Virus record (IMG/VR): IMGVR_UViG_3300045988_122545 | Coordinates: 1-64,000 of that record | Reading direction: 5' to 3' (one strand) | DNA: 64,000 nucleotides | From: a virus | Shown: one piece after another, positions 28,027 through 39,718 of the stretch | How the letters are laid out: every line of letters starts with the position of its first letter | How positions within the stretch are numbered: position 1 is the stretch's first letter | The notes under the pieces: model-generated | Seen by the model: the letters and a program-made list of their open reading frames with translations, nothing else | Told to the model about the DNA's origin: nothing | Database searches by the model: none | Program-made: the position numbers and the translations under genes

Positions 28027-28578
28027 TTAATATTTTGAACCAAGTCTTTCACGCATAGGACTTTTACGATATTCATATTCTTTTTCATCATAATCATCGT
28101 CATATTCATATCTGCTATAACGAGGTCTATGATTCATAGAATATCTTTGTCTTGGAGAATATTCATATTCATTATAATATTCTTCATCATCCTCTTCGTC
28201 ATCACGATATAAATCGCACATAACGTACTTATAATAATACCACATCTTTCCTTCATCAATATCTTTATCTTCCAACCATGCTTTAGCTAAGTCAACAAAG
28301 TATTTAATGTTATTAGAATGTAAAGTATTTGTTATAAACTTATAGTAGTCTGAATAAACCATATTCATCGCTACATACCAGTCATATTTATTATATTTAC
28401 GAGGATTGAAAGATATACCATATTGATTTGCTACAGTAGTAGTATCATTAATAGTCCAATGCTGTCCTGTAGTACCATCCTCATTCTCCATCTTAGCTAC
28501 AACTTTCATTGCGCATTCTTCAGTAAAATGAGGACCGTACATACGTTCATGACGTTCAAACTTTCTTTTATCTTTCAT
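28027..28578 (-). CDS. Hypothetical protein with an acidic, Tyr-rich C-terminus (183 aa)
   Basis: Intact ORF with ATG start and TAA stop, and no TAG. Confidence 0.8.
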   Translation of the reverse strand: MKDKRKFERHERMYGPHFTEECAMKVVAKMENEDGTTGQHWTINDTTTVANQYGISFNPRKYNKYDWYVAMNMVYSDYYKFITNTLHSNNIKYFVDLAKAWLEDKDIDEGKMWYYYKYVMCDLYRDDEEDDEEYYNEYEYSPRQRYSMNHRPRYSRYEYDDDYDEKEYEYRKSPMRERLGSKY

Positions 28579-28592
28579 ATAATTGATTTATA

Positions 28593-29222
28593 TTATTTAT
28601 TGTCTATAGTTATCAATCTCGTTTCTTTTACTTCTATGAGAGGATTGCTATTATGTATTTGATATTTATATACGTCTCTTTTCTTAAAATCAAAGTGTAT
28701 CAAACGCCTAAACCAATTTTTATATTGATTCTTATATTCTCTTTTATTTGATATAAAAAGCGTTTGAGTATTTTGTATACTAATTTTTGCAGTAAGGATT
28801 GAATCCTTTTTAATAATGATTAAGGAGGTTAATTCATTAGGTTTAATTTCTTTTTCAAAATCTTTATCACCTACAACGATTGTTGTATCTATATTTATTT
28901 CTTGATTCTGCGATTGAGCTTGCTTTAGCTCTTTATCTTTGATTTTTAATTCTTCTTGAATATTTACAATATTCTAAATTATACTATCATTAGTATTCTT
29001 GAACTCATCTATTGTTAAGTTTAGAGTTCTAATTTCTTTATCTTTATCCGATAATTGTTCCTAATAGAATAGGGTATTATTTGTTATTCGGTCTATCTAA
29101 CGGTTCTTTTCTTTAATTTGTTTACCCTAATAAAAAATTATGGCAGCAAATATCGATATGATAATTACTGCCACAACTTTGATATTTTTCCAGAACCAAC
29201 CGAAAATAGTTGTCAAAATCAT
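28593..29222 (-). CDS. Spanin-like or lysis-accessory protein: N-terminal TM anchor plus coiled coil (209 aa), 4 in-frame TAG
   Basis: N-terminus MILTTIFGWFWKNIKVVAVIIISIFAAIIFY(TAG)GKQIKEKNR... ATG 29220-29222 is in phase with TAA 28593. It lies immediately downstream of the holin-like gene. Confidence 0.5.
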
Positions 29223-29228
29223 AATTTG

Positions 29229-29699
29229 TTATTTTATATCTACAACATCTGATAGGTCCACGTCTAAATATTTTTCAGCTTTAGACTTTATTATTTTTGC
29301 TAAGATTTTTGATAATAATGCATTTGGATGTAACGCTCTAAATGATTCCATTAATGATAATCCTTCAGCAGCACATATTGATCCTGCCGCTATTTTTACT
29401 GCCGTTAGGTTTTCATAAGTCAGTAAGATATATTTATCTAATAATAATCCTAACGATATTAATATAAAACAATCTCTTAGTTTATATATAGTTTTCCATA
29501 ATTTATTAGATTCTAACTTATGTCCATATTGTTTGGAAACCTTATAACCATAATACGTATCTGCAAATATAAAGCAGAACGCAGTTATCATTATAGGTAC
29601 AGCCGGAGTAAAGATAGCAGTAAAACCAGATATTAATCCTATTAATGCCTAATAACCGTCATTACCGAATCTTTTTAAAAACAACACAATCTATTCCAT
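29229..29699 (-). CDS. Holin-like multi-TM protein
   Basis: ORF 29229..29591 extends upstream through TAG 29649 (and TAG 29691) to ATG 29697-29699. It has several hydrophobic helices and a charged C-terminus. The start is uncertain; an alternative ATG is at 29711. Confidence 0.55.
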
Positions 29700-29828
29700 T
29701 GAGTTCTACATGGATTTATTTGATATAACCTGAAAAATATTAATGCTAATATACTGTTATAACGTACGCAGTATAATATGTTCTAATATCGATTGCAGCA
29801 TACTATATGTGTAATATCTGTTTTAAAA

Positions 29829-30476
29829 TCACGCAGCAGGTGTTTCCAAAGCTTCTACTCTAGCCGTTAAAGCATCAATCAAAGCTTTCAACTGTTTACC
29901 TTGAGCAGCAGATAAAGCTTCAGCAGTAGAGTCAGAAGTTAAGGTATTATTTACTGTTACTTTAGTATCTGACCAGTTAACATTTACAAAAGCTTTATCA
30001 TTACTATCCAACTGTACTGCGTAATTCTTACCCGATGTAGTATAACCAACTTTTATACCACCCAAAGCATCTGCTGTTGCTTTACTAACTGTTGCACTTG
30101 GAGCATTAGACCATTGTGCTTCGCCGTTTGCTTTCCAAATCAAAATTTGATTTGCACTACCGCCAGCAGGTATATGTTTATTACCAGCACTAGTTGGATG
30201 AGAATAGTTATTAGCATTGTTTGCGATACCTGCTAATTTCTGTTTTTCAGTAGTAGTGTAATCATTTGTTGACAACTGCTTACCACTTACTTTATCTACT
30301 TTGTTATTGAGAGAATTCTTAATAGCTGTCAAATCACCACTCTCATCACTTACTTTTACCCAAGAAGAACCATTAAAATATTTAATAGAACCACCATAAT
30401 GATTCTCTGTTAAATCAACCCAATATTTATATTGTGTTGGATTTGGAGCTGTTTTACTTTCTATAAAATTTACCAT
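29829..30476 (-). CDS. Tail fibre / receptor-binding protein (215 aa)
   Basis: It carries the phage fibre repeat motif GKQLSTNDYTTTEKQKLAGI and a C-terminal coiled coil. Intact ORF with no TAG. Confidence 0.7.
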   Translation of the reverse strand: MVNFIESKTAPNPTQYKYWVDLTENHYGGSIKYFNGSSWVKVSDESGDLTAIKNSLNNKVDKVSGKQLSTNDYTTTEKQKLAGIANNANNYSHPTSAGNKHIPAGGSANQILIWKANGEAQWSNAPSATVSKATADALGGIKVGYTTSGKNYAVQLDSNDKAFVNVNWSDTKVTVNNTLTSDSTAEALSAAQGKQLKALIDALTARVEALETPAA

Positions 30477-30486
30477 ATCAATATTT

Positions 30487-30720
30487 TTATAAACATCCTA
30501 AACTAATACCAATTAAATTAGAAATAATATCTTTTTTATCACAAGTACCTTTTTTCATCAACTTATCGTATATAAGTTCTTTACCGATTCCGATAACTAC
30601 TGTTATAATTATTGCTATCCACAAAGGTAATATTAATTGCAATAAAGATACTAACAGATTGGAACAAATAATATGTTTTAATCCATCAAAGCCAAAATAA
30701 TTAAAAATCTTATTTATCAT
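30487..30720 (-). CDS. Small two-TM membrane protein (77 aa)
   Basis: Intact ORF with hydrophobic segments LLVSLLQLILPLWIAIIITVVIGIG and NLIGISLGCL. It is wedged between two fibre genes. Confidence 0.7.
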   Translation of the reverse strand: MINKIFNYFGFDGLKHIICSNLLVSLLQLILPLWIAIIITVVIGIGKELIYDKLMKKGTCDKKDIISNLIGISLGCL

Positions 30721-30722
30721 AC

Positions 30723-32363
30723 TTATACCGTTTCAACATATGTTCCAACTAATGCACTTAAATCATGCGATAAAGGAATACCACTGTTTCTTGTACATTT
30801 ATACATTACTTTATTATGTGTGTAATACTTACCTTCAAATATCTCCATAGGGGGATTATAAGGAATTGGGTCTTCTTGTGTTCCAGTATGTTCTTCATCA
30901 ACTACTTTCCAAAGACTTGCTGTTTCAAGACTTGGTTTCCATAACTTTTGAGTAGTATGATTTTGAACTACTTCCCATAACAGATTATCGTATTGGTATC
31001 TTTCTCCTTGTTTTACTTCTACTGAATCAGCTGACCATTCTGGATAGAATTCTTTAACTTCCAATGCTTCATTGTTACTTAAAGTCATTGCATTAATATT
31101 AGCTTTAGTTTCAGCAGTAAGAATCTGCATAGCTTTAACTTTAGCATAATCTTCATTAGGCTGAACATAATCTTCTCCATGAGTCCATTCTTCACTATTC
31201 ATTAATTCTGTAAATTCTGGACTATCAAACTCATATCTCGTAAGAACATTAAATTCATCAATATTCTTTACGTATTCTTCATCATTACCATTACCACTAT
31301 AATCTTTTATAGTATCTCTTGTTTCATCATCATTAGAACCTTTACTGAAATCATAATAACAATCAGGAGTAGGAATCTCAGACGGAAGAAGATATTCAGG
31401 GTCAATGTATTTACGGATAAATGATTTTATCTCTTGTTCGTCTAAGCTGCGGTCGAAGAGGTAGGCGGAGTAGAAAGCTCCTTTCCAATATTTCCCCCCA
31501 TACATGGAAATACTAAACCCATGTGTTGTAACAATTTTCCCTACTGATATAGTTTTCCCATTATAAGAATTTTTAGTTTGATAACTGATGTTATCTACCC
31601 ATTTAACCGAAGTTTCACAAGAAAAACTATTAGCAAAAACCATTCCATTGTCCCTATTAAATTTATCGCTAATAACAAATGCAACTTCACCGAAATTACC
31701 AATGGTTGCACAAACTACTCCGTTATTATTAAGTGCTTTCTTTTTTACTATAATAGTATAATCGGATAAAGAAGGGGCACTACGATTAACACCATAATCA
31801 TCAACTCCGTCAAATACAAGAGCATCTGGATAATTGGGTATCATTTCTAATACAATATTACAAGGGGCATCAGTAGTATCAGTTCCTGCTGAACGCATGC
31901 TTATTCCCACAGAAGTAGTTGATGTTGTGGGGTCTATATCATAGAACCCATCTTCCTTGATTTCTATGTATTGCTTTATACCCCCATCTTTTCTATGGTA
32001 TCTAATTTGAACATAATTACCTGTTTTTGTGTAAAAGTCAGTTATCCCAGATATATTAAAGGTCAAATTACCATTTATTGGAGTCGTATTAAAAAAATAG
32101 ACTTCATAAGCATTCATTGTTCTTAATTCCCATTTGCCTTTCCCATAATTATATCCACCATATCCGCTCATTTCTGAAAAAGAAAAACCATTAAGTGTTA
32201 TATCATGTCCATTACCAGTCAAATCTTTAAGTATTGCTTTATCTTTATCATCATTAGTCTTGCCTTTTGCTGACCAAGCGGCAATAAGCCCTGGGTAATT
32301 TATATTTCCGTCACTCCTTTTTAGAGCATTGGCTATCATAAGCCTTCGTCTGTACATACTCAT
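30723..32363 (-). CDS. Tail fibre / receptor-binding protein with a lectin-like N-terminal part and a C-terminal CBM5/12-like carbohydrate-binding repeat (546 aa)
   Basis: Intact ORF with no TAG. The C-terminus reads YQYDNLLWEVVQNHTTQKLWKPSLETASLWKVV ... GKYYTHNKVMYKCTRNSG, an aromatic pattern like chitin-binding CBM5/12. GC content is visibly higher in 31380-32360. Confidence 0.6.
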   Translation of the reverse strand: MSMYRRRLMIANALKRSDGNINYPGLIAAWSAKGKTNDDKDKAILKDLTGNGHDITLNGFSFSEMSGYGGYNYGKGKWELRTMNAYEVYFFNTTPINGNLTFNISGITDFYTKTGNYVQIRYHRKDGGIKQYIEIKEDGFYDIDPTTSTTSVGISMRSAGTDTTDAPCNIVLEMIPNYPDALVFDGVDDYGVNRSAPSLSDYTIIVKKKALNNNGVVCATIGNFGEVAFVISDKFNRDNGMVFANSFSCETSVKWVDNISYQTKNSYNGKTISVGKIVTTHGFSISMYGGKYWKGAFYSAYLFDRSLDEQEIKSFIRKYIDPEYLLPSEIPTPDCYYDFSKGSNDDETRDTIKDYSGNGNDEEYVKNIDEFNVLTRYEFDSPEFTELMNSEEWTHGEDYVQPNEDYAKVKAMQILTAETKANINAMTLSNNEALEVKEFYPEWSADSVEVKQGERYQYDNLLWEVVQNHTTQKLWKPSLETASLWKVVDEEHTGTQEDPIPYNPPMEIFEGKYYTHNKVMYKCTRNSGIPLSHDLSALVGTYVETV

Positions 32364-32364
32364 A

Positions 32365-32814
32365 TCAAGCCCCTCCCAATACAGCTATATTGTTTACGAT
32401 AGATACTTGATAGGTCTTGCTTGCTTCAATGGTATTGCTACCTATCCACTTTACGCTTTCAGGTAGTGTCAAAGTAGTAGGAGTTGTTCCAGAAGTAAAT
32501 TCAAACATATATTCATACAATTTATTTTCTTCTCCTGCTGCTAAAGTCAAAGTGAGTGTTTCCATCTCACCGAAGATGTAATATTCATTCGGTTGTAATT
32601 CCTTTGTATTCTCTGATACATTTTCTACAGATACTTTATCAGCTTTTGAAGATAATTCTGTTTTAGTTGCTAACTATCCTACATCGGGAATATTATCTGC
32701 ATTTGTGTTAACCCCATCGACTAGTTCGTCAATCTTCTGACTTATCTGATTCATTTCAGTAGCTTGTAATACTTGTTCTGAAATGAAAGTTTTATTTAAT
32801 TTATTTATTGCCAT
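32365..32814 (-). CDS. Tail-fibre-associated protein (149 aa), 1 in-frame TAG
   Basis: ORF 32365..32565 extends upstream through one TAG to ATG 32812-32814 (phase checked). Its TGA overlaps the downstream ATG (ATGA). Confidence 0.6.
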
Positions 32815-32815
32815 A

Positions 32816-33193
32816 TTATCTTATTTTATCAATGTTTAGTTTACCTATATCTAATTTTAAATACTATTCGATTGGAGAAGTTTCAAATAATATTGTAACT
32901 TTATCTCCTGACTGATTTAATTCAAATGTATCAGGATTAATATTATTGTCTGAATTTAGATAAAATTCTCCTAATACACAGTTACCATCTATAGAATACA
33001 AATCAAGATGTAATATATAATCATTACTAGTTTTTAATAATTTACCTTCTATTCTACCAGTAGTATTAACTTTAAAACTATATGAATCTTCAGTAAAATC
33101 AAATGGTGTAGCCATTTGTATATATGATAATTCAGGTATAGTTAAGTATGCTTGTGGATTTACGAATAAAGGTCTTGTAAATATTGATTTCAT
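32816..33193 (-). CDS. Hypothetical protein (about 125 aa)
   Basis: ORF 32864..33193 ends in TAG. Reading continues 15 codons to TAA 32816-32818. Confidence 0.65.
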
Positions 33194-36057
33194 TTCTATA
33201 TTAATTTTTCAAGTTCTACAATTCGATTCTATAGTTCTGCTATTTTTGCACATATTGCTTCATTGTAATTAAGCATTTTGTGCTATCCATTATCAGATAC
33301 CATTTCAGGATATATCTATTCCACTTCTTGTGCAATAAAACCATAAGAATGTCTTCCTGTATTTTTCCAATCAAATTCTACTAACCTTAATTCTCCTTTT
33401 GGTTTTAAATCAATTATATTATCTTTTAAATTAATATCAGATGAATTTTGTACCCCATCTCTAGTTACTACAAACGCATTGCTTCTTGAAGTATGACTTG
33501 TTCCATTACCAACAACAAACAAATTATTAGTATCCGATGAATAATCATTAAATGAACCTACTACAAATTCCTAATCATTTTTAGCAACGTTACCTTGTCC
33601 ATTAGACATGCTCTATAAACCTAAAGCAAGGTTGTTTTTACCAGTTACCATAGATTGTTTTGCAAAAGCAACATGTATTGAATCGTTCTACTAATTATAA
33701 GTAGATTCATATAATTGTAATAATGATTTGGAACTATTAGGATAATCTATACTTAAAATTATTCCGCCGCCACCAAATGCTACTGTAGCATTACCGTAAG
33801 ATGTACAATTATAGCCTACTGCAATAGATTGACTTTCGTGTATAGTATTATATAAACCAACACAAATTGAATTATTACTATAATTTTCATTTAGATTGTT
33901 ATAGTCACCAACGGTTATAGAATTTTTACCAGAAACATTATTGAATTCACCAATAATTAAATAATTAACTGTTCCAGATTGATGGTTATTAGTAATTTTA
34001 TTATGACCACGAGAAGTAATAATTAATCCTTCGGACGCATTATCTATACTATTTGTAGTATAAATACCAATAGTAATATTATTACCCGATATTAACTTAT
34101 CAGAAACTGTAATACTATATGTCTTAATATGATTAGCGGTTGTTACTCCATCATTGCTCACTGATAAAGCATTCATTCTTCCTTTATACCAATCACTACC
34201 GTAACCTATTTGAAATAAAGCATCTTCTTCATATAAATTATATTTTCCAAATACTGTTTGCCCATCACCAGCAATTAGATTTTCTCCGTGAACAAACGAA
34301 TTATTACCTGTAGCCTAACATCCATTACCACCTGTATGAGAATTCACACCATAAGCACAGTTATTTGTACCTTCGTGATGAGATGCAATACCAATAGCTG
34401 CTCCAAGTTTTGTTACAGGTTCTATTGTTATTTCTGTTGGAGTGATATGACTATCAGATATTTCTATATTATCTGCAATATTTGGAGAAGTAGAAAAAAG
34501 TCTATCAACATGATCTACCTTTGTTACTTTGTATATAACGTCGTTACATTTAAATAACTCTCCTGCTGATAATACAAATTGAGATTCCGTAGAATCAAAT
34601 ATATATTGAACACAATAACTATTATAACTACATATTTTTAACTTGCGAGTTCTTAAAAAAAATGGAGCTTCTACTTTTAAATCAACTTTACCTTCTGCGT
34701 GTGAACATTCACCTATTGCTTGGGTCAAATAACCTTCTACGTGTGATCTAGCCCCACTTGCTACCGTACTATCACCTTCTGCGTGAGATTTATTACCTGA
34801 TGCAGAAGTATGATAATTTTCAGCATGTGAATAGATTCCTGTAGCATAATTGTTATCATAATTATTAAATATTTCTCCTGTTCCGTTAGAATTTGGGTCT
34901 ACTTCACCAACATTACTACTACCAGATATGGTTAAATCTCCTTCACCTAAAATCGACTAACCATTTATGGTCTTAATATTAGTACCACTTACAAGTGTAT
35001 TTTGTTTATTATCTAAAGCAATTTGTACCACATTAGATATTGGTTTATTGATATCTGATGTATTATCAACATTTTCTAAACCTATCTAAGCTTTAGTTAC
35101 ATTATGTGGATTTAAAGTATTTCCAATATGAGAATCAGTTTTATTTTCCAAAGCTTTACCTCTAGCACCATCAAAGGCAGTACCTGTTACTTCTCCAATA
35201 ACTGTAGGAGCTCCTACAACAGTAAATTGTGTACCAGTCCATCTAAATTGATACGCACTATCACTACCAGTAATATCAACATAAATCTTTCCAGATTCTC
35301 CAGTTATCGCATTTTGATGTTCCGCATCAGAATATAATTTGATATTAGATAAAGTACCATCTTCTTCTTTAGAATACGTAGCATAACAATCTATTACATC
35401 ATCTACATACGATGGTAATTGATTAGAAGGTATTAATCCTTGTTCATTCAGCGTGGCTATACCGTTTGCAGTACCCATTTCTGAACGTTTTACTTGAGCG
35501 TCATTTGTTACATTAGAAAGACCTACTTGTTGTTTTGTAACATTATGAGGATTGTTTTTATTATTTATATGCGATGTTAAATTACTTTCTATTTCAGTTA
35601 TATTCTAACTTATCTTATTTTTTAAATCAGATAGAATAGATTGTAATGTATCAGTATCCTCATAACCAGTTAAGAAATTTAAAATTTCATTATATTTGTC
35701 AATAAATTCTGAAGCACTTTCACCAAGTAATGTCTCTAGACTAGCATTAATATTTTCTATCTATTCGTTTATTGTATTTAAACTAGAATTTGTTTCATTC
35801 TTGTATTCTTCAAAATCTTCTTTATGTTGTAATAAATCATTTTCACATTCTTGTATTTCTATAAGTAGTTCATCTAACTTATGCTTAAAACTAATGATTT
35901 CGTCATAAGTACGCTAATCGATTCTTTCCCATTCAACGCCATTATAGCATTTTATTACACAACCGTATCTGTCTTCACTTAAATCAATCCAATATTCTAT
36001 TTCTTCTGGTTTTGGAGCGATTGTTGAAGCTAAAAATCTAATTCTACCTATTACCAT
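33190..36057 (-). CDS. Long tail fibre with a C-terminal peptidase-S74-type intramolecular chaperone domain (about 955 codons), TAG-recoded
   Basis: Pieces 35086..35478, 34315..34728, 33691..34176 and 33316..33522 are in one frame. ATG 36055-36057 is in phase. NPHNVTK...GL.NV.N fibre repeats occur twice. The C-terminus DINLKDNIIDL...FDWKNTGRHSYGFIAQEVE(TAG)IYPEMV...NYNEAICAKIAEL(TAG)NRIVELEKLI matches the S74 autoproteolytic chaperone pattern. Stop is TGA 33190. Confidence 0.75.
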
Positions 36058-36061
36058 ATTA

Positions 36062-36520
36062 TTAACCGTTAAATTCTACTAATTTTGTTTTATTATCCGT
36101 AGTATAAGCATCAACGTGAACCCAAGTTACATCTCGTTCCAATCTTATCGGATATTCAAATTTATCAATATTAGAACGTATAAGATTTTTCACTTCTTCT
36201 GCAGACATATCATTAACAGTAAAGTCAATAGCTTTTCCTAATGAGTGCGAGCTTACATATACCTTATTAGAATTAGTTTTATCTTTGCATAACTAACATA
36301 TATTACATCTTAATCCTCTTTGTGTTAGATTATTATCATAAGAATTAATAATCATTGGTTTTTTGATTATTTGAGTACGTAATGTATAAATAATGCTCAG
36401 TAGTTCAGTTGAAATGAACTACCAAGCATTATCTCCAAAAGTATTAACACAATGAGGACAAACTAATTCTTTCAACTAAAAATACTTTTTAACTTCTTTA
36501 ATTAATTCGTCTCTTTCCAT
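36062..36520 (-). CDS. Peptidase M15 (LAS-type zinc D,D- or L,D-peptidase) endolysin, 3 in-frame TAG
   Basis: ATG 36518-36520 to TAA 36062-36064 (459 nt, in phase). Motifs: LVCPHC, RGLRCNIC, SSHSLGKAIDF and WVHVD, consistent with His/Asp/His zinc ligands. It is invisible in the standard-code ORF track. Confidence 0.7.
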
Positions 36521-36524
36521 AATA

Positions 36525-36809
36525 TTATTCTTTTATTTCTTCTGCTGTTGGTTTATTTTCATTAACAGTATCTTCAAATGCCTTTTGAACAAATGCTTTA
36601 AAACCTTTCTTAAGAATATCTTTTATTCTTTCAATCTGTTCATCTGTTAATTCAACTTCACCGTTTTTATAAATATCTTGAGCTAAAATTAAATCTTCAA
36701 GATTTTGTGTTTCGCTATAAATAAAATTAGCTACTTGCTTAGAACAATCTAAAGGTAATTTATTACCTTCAAGATCTGTCATCATTAACTGTTTAAAATT
36801 TATTTTCAT
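36525..36809 (-). CDS. Hypothetical protein (94 aa)
   Basis: Intact ORF with ATG start and TAA stop. Confidence 0.75.
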   Translation of the reverse strand: MKINFKQLMMTDLEGNKLPLDCSKQVANFIYSETQNLEDLILAQDIYKNGEVELTDEQIERIKDILKKGFKAFVQKAFEDTVNENKPTAEEIKE

Positions 36810-36822
36810 CGTTTCTTAATTT

Positions 36823-38943
36823 TTAACCAAAGTAATTAAAATACCATATTCCTTTTTTACCAGAACCTTGCGTTAATACTTCACTATAAACAAAAAATCC
36901 AGCCTCTCTACCACCAAATTGTACCTATGTAGCAAAATCACCGTCGCTAGCTCCTTCATTAATACATATTGTAGTATTTCCTTTTGCTCTGACATATATC
37001 ACACCGTGATAATTACCTTTTCTCACAATATACATTTGTCCTTCTTGAGGATTAGTTGGAAGATTTACACCAGTTATTGAATTACTTGTTACGTATACAA
37101 AAGTATCAGCATCGGTCATATTATAATATCCTTCACTATCTTTTTCACCACTTTGTAAATTATATGTTGTCTTTACGTTAAATCGTAATCCTCGTATAAA
37201 ACCAGATTCTATGTTTATAGCTATATTACCACTATAAGCAACATTGCTATATTTACGTCCTCCATTACAAGATATAAACAATCCAACGTTTTCATTCCAA
37301 GTAGCTGAAGAGTTAGATATATTTCTATATATACCTATAGGCATAGACATTCCTAAACTACCTGGTAATACTCCTGAGCCGTCTGCTCCAAAACTAGCAC
37401 GTATATCTCTATTACCTATATTTGATCTAAAATATAAACTGGATGATGATAATCGCATATAATTACCAGATCCATTTGAACCAGAACTTAAACTACCAGA
37501 TATATTAAACGCTCCTATATTACCAGAATTAATTGTTACATTATAAAATGTACCAGATGTTGCATTAACAACTCCTGTTATATTTGCATTCTTTGCAGTC
37601 ATTGTTCCATCTGAAGTTACTGTAAAATTGTTACCCACCTATATCTGATTTGTCCATATACCAATATCAGCTATAACTTTATCTACGTCAATCAGATTAG
37701 TTTTTATTTTACCACCTTCTATCAAAGTAACATCACCATCATCTGATTCTACTATAAGTTTAGCTTTTACTGTTAATAATCCTTTACCGCCATCTTCAGT
37801 AGGATCATATTTTACATATGATGTTGATTTATCTTTAGTACCTACATACATTCTACCATACACATTCATATATGCTTGTTGCTATGATTGAGTAGTATCG
37901 TAAGCCATTTCTATAATTGCTTTTCCGTCGGTACTATAATTATTTATTCCTTGATACATTTGTATTGCAGGAGCATTATCAGCGTAAGTAGTTAAAGATA
38001 TAATATTCTATCTTTTTACATCATTCTTATTACCATACTATATTAATGTATCTCCCTCTACAGGTTGTGTATTTGTACTAGGATCTACATCAGTTTTTGA
38101 TAAATCTATATAATCTTCTCCAACGCCTAATACTTTACCCCAATAATATCTATTTTTAGCCCCTTCGTTTACTCCTTCAGCAACATTGAATTGTTGTATT
38201 TTAGCTAAGTCTCCAGCTTGAAAATCAGTTTTAATCTATTCTGTATTACCACCATCTTTTTCATCTTTATTTTTAAAATAACAACGATATACAGATTGAT
38301 ATTCATCTTCATATAACTGTGTAGTCTCTTCTACACGAATTATGTTATTACTTGCTGGGGAGATAACTAAATTTCCACCAATAGATGTAATTTTTTTGAT
38401 TTCTAGAGTATTAAACATGGCTGCACCTCTAACAGCCAAATCATCCACCTCTATGTAAGATTTACCGCTAGATTTTATTTTACATATAAAACCGCTACCT
38501 AAATCAGTACCTTCAGATGCATTTCTAGATTGAATATTATCGATGTATATAGTTTTCCCTTTATTGAATGTCAAACTTCCTTCAACAACATCATCATTTT
38601 TGGATGATACCCAATCTTCAATTGTTCTAGCTGCAGAATATACATTTTCATTAGTAGGACTAGTATCGTCGCCTATACCTATCACATATACATTAGATTC
38701 ACCGCCTTCACCTGGCTAAAGTCCAATTTCATCATATTGGGCATTTTTCCATTTACCTGTTTTATCATAAACTAGTACGTCGTTTTCGGCAGGATACTAT
38801 ACACTAACATCTAATAAACGTGTAAGATATTTTGTGTTTTCAACTTTTGTATCTACACGAGCAATAGAGTCGGCAAGAGTATCCGTTTTTTCAGTAAGTT
38901 GCTAAACGGTATTTACTAAATCATTATATTCATCTTGTGTCAT
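36823..38943 (-). CDS. Tail spike/fibre protein (about 706 aa), TAG-recoded
   Basis: Pieces 38236..38685, 37639..37869 and 36925..37638 are in one frame. ATG 38941-38943 and TAA 36823 were both phase-checked. The sequence is beta-rich and repetitive Gly/Asn/Ser, typical of fibres. Confidence 0.65.
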
Positions 38944-39173
38944 TTGTTTATATTTTTTATAAGTTTTTGAACTATATGCTGTTGTTCTTTAGTAAGTGAT
39001 GCGTATTCCATAAACCACTGACAAAACGATGTACAGACATAATTTAAAATCTCTTCCGAATTATAATTAATATTGTATTTTACAATTTGATTTAATTTCT
39101 TACCATAATTGTATAATTGCTCATCTTTTGTTGTATACACATGTCCCATTTTTGCAAGTATTACATTCAACAT
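38940..39173 (-). CDS. Hypothetical small protein (start uncertain; possibly the internal ATG near 39149)
   Basis: ORF-track entry. Its TGA overlaps the downstream ATG (ATGA). Its 5' part overlaps the upstream gene by about 50 nt. Confidence 0.5.
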   Translation of the reverse strand: MLNVILAKMGHVYTTKDEQLYNYGKKLNQIVKYNINYNSEEILNYVCTSFCQWFMEYASLTKEQQHIVQKLIKNINK

Positions 39174-39645
39174 TTTGATTGTTTATATGACACGGACCAT
39201 CCAATAATCTCATCAAATCTACATAACTACTTACTATTTCTTCTATACTATTATAGAACGATAAAGCGTTATAAAATAAACTTAATCTAAATGAACACAT
39301 CATAATTCGTTCTTTCTGAAGTTTATCTAAACATGTATTACAATAAAATTTTAATAATTTATAAACATCTTCATCTAATTTTTTAGAATCATATGCGAAA
39401 TGATGATTATTGTTTTCAGTAAAAATTATAGCACTTATCTCTAAATCAGATATATCTATACTATATCCGTATTCTTCCTTCTAAAAGTCTTCGAATGTTA
39501 TTACTTTAGTATGATTGGATGCTTCTTCAGAATGTACATTATCGATATTGCATACTTTATCTAAGAACATTGTCTATGCAATTTCTTCACTAGAAGTAAT
39601 TATAATCAACTTTTGATTTTCTATATAAATATATTTAATTTCCAT
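39121..39645 (-). CDS. Hypothetical Cys-rich protein (174 aa), 2 in-frame TAG
   Basis: ORF 39121..39303 extends upstream through TAG codons to ATG 39643-39645 (phase checked). Stop is TGA. Confidence 0.55.
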
Positions 39646-39656
39646 AATTAATAAAT

Positions 39657-39693
39657 TAAAAAAGGCGAAGCCGAGGATTACCCTCAACCTCGC
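39657..39693 (-). terminator. Strong intrinsic terminator (long GC-rich hairpin plus T6)
   Basis: Minus strand reads GGCGAGGTTGAGGGTAATCCTCGGCTTCGCC followed by TTTTTT, 25 nt downstream of the TAA at 39719. Confidence 0.8.
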
Positions 39694-39718
39694 CAGAGTT
39701 ATAAAGAAACTTTGAAAA

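Noticed and set aside
29829-36057. Diversity-generating retroelement acting on the fibre genes
   Set aside because: No reverse transcriptase ORF and no template/variable repeat pair could be found by eye in or near the fibre genes.
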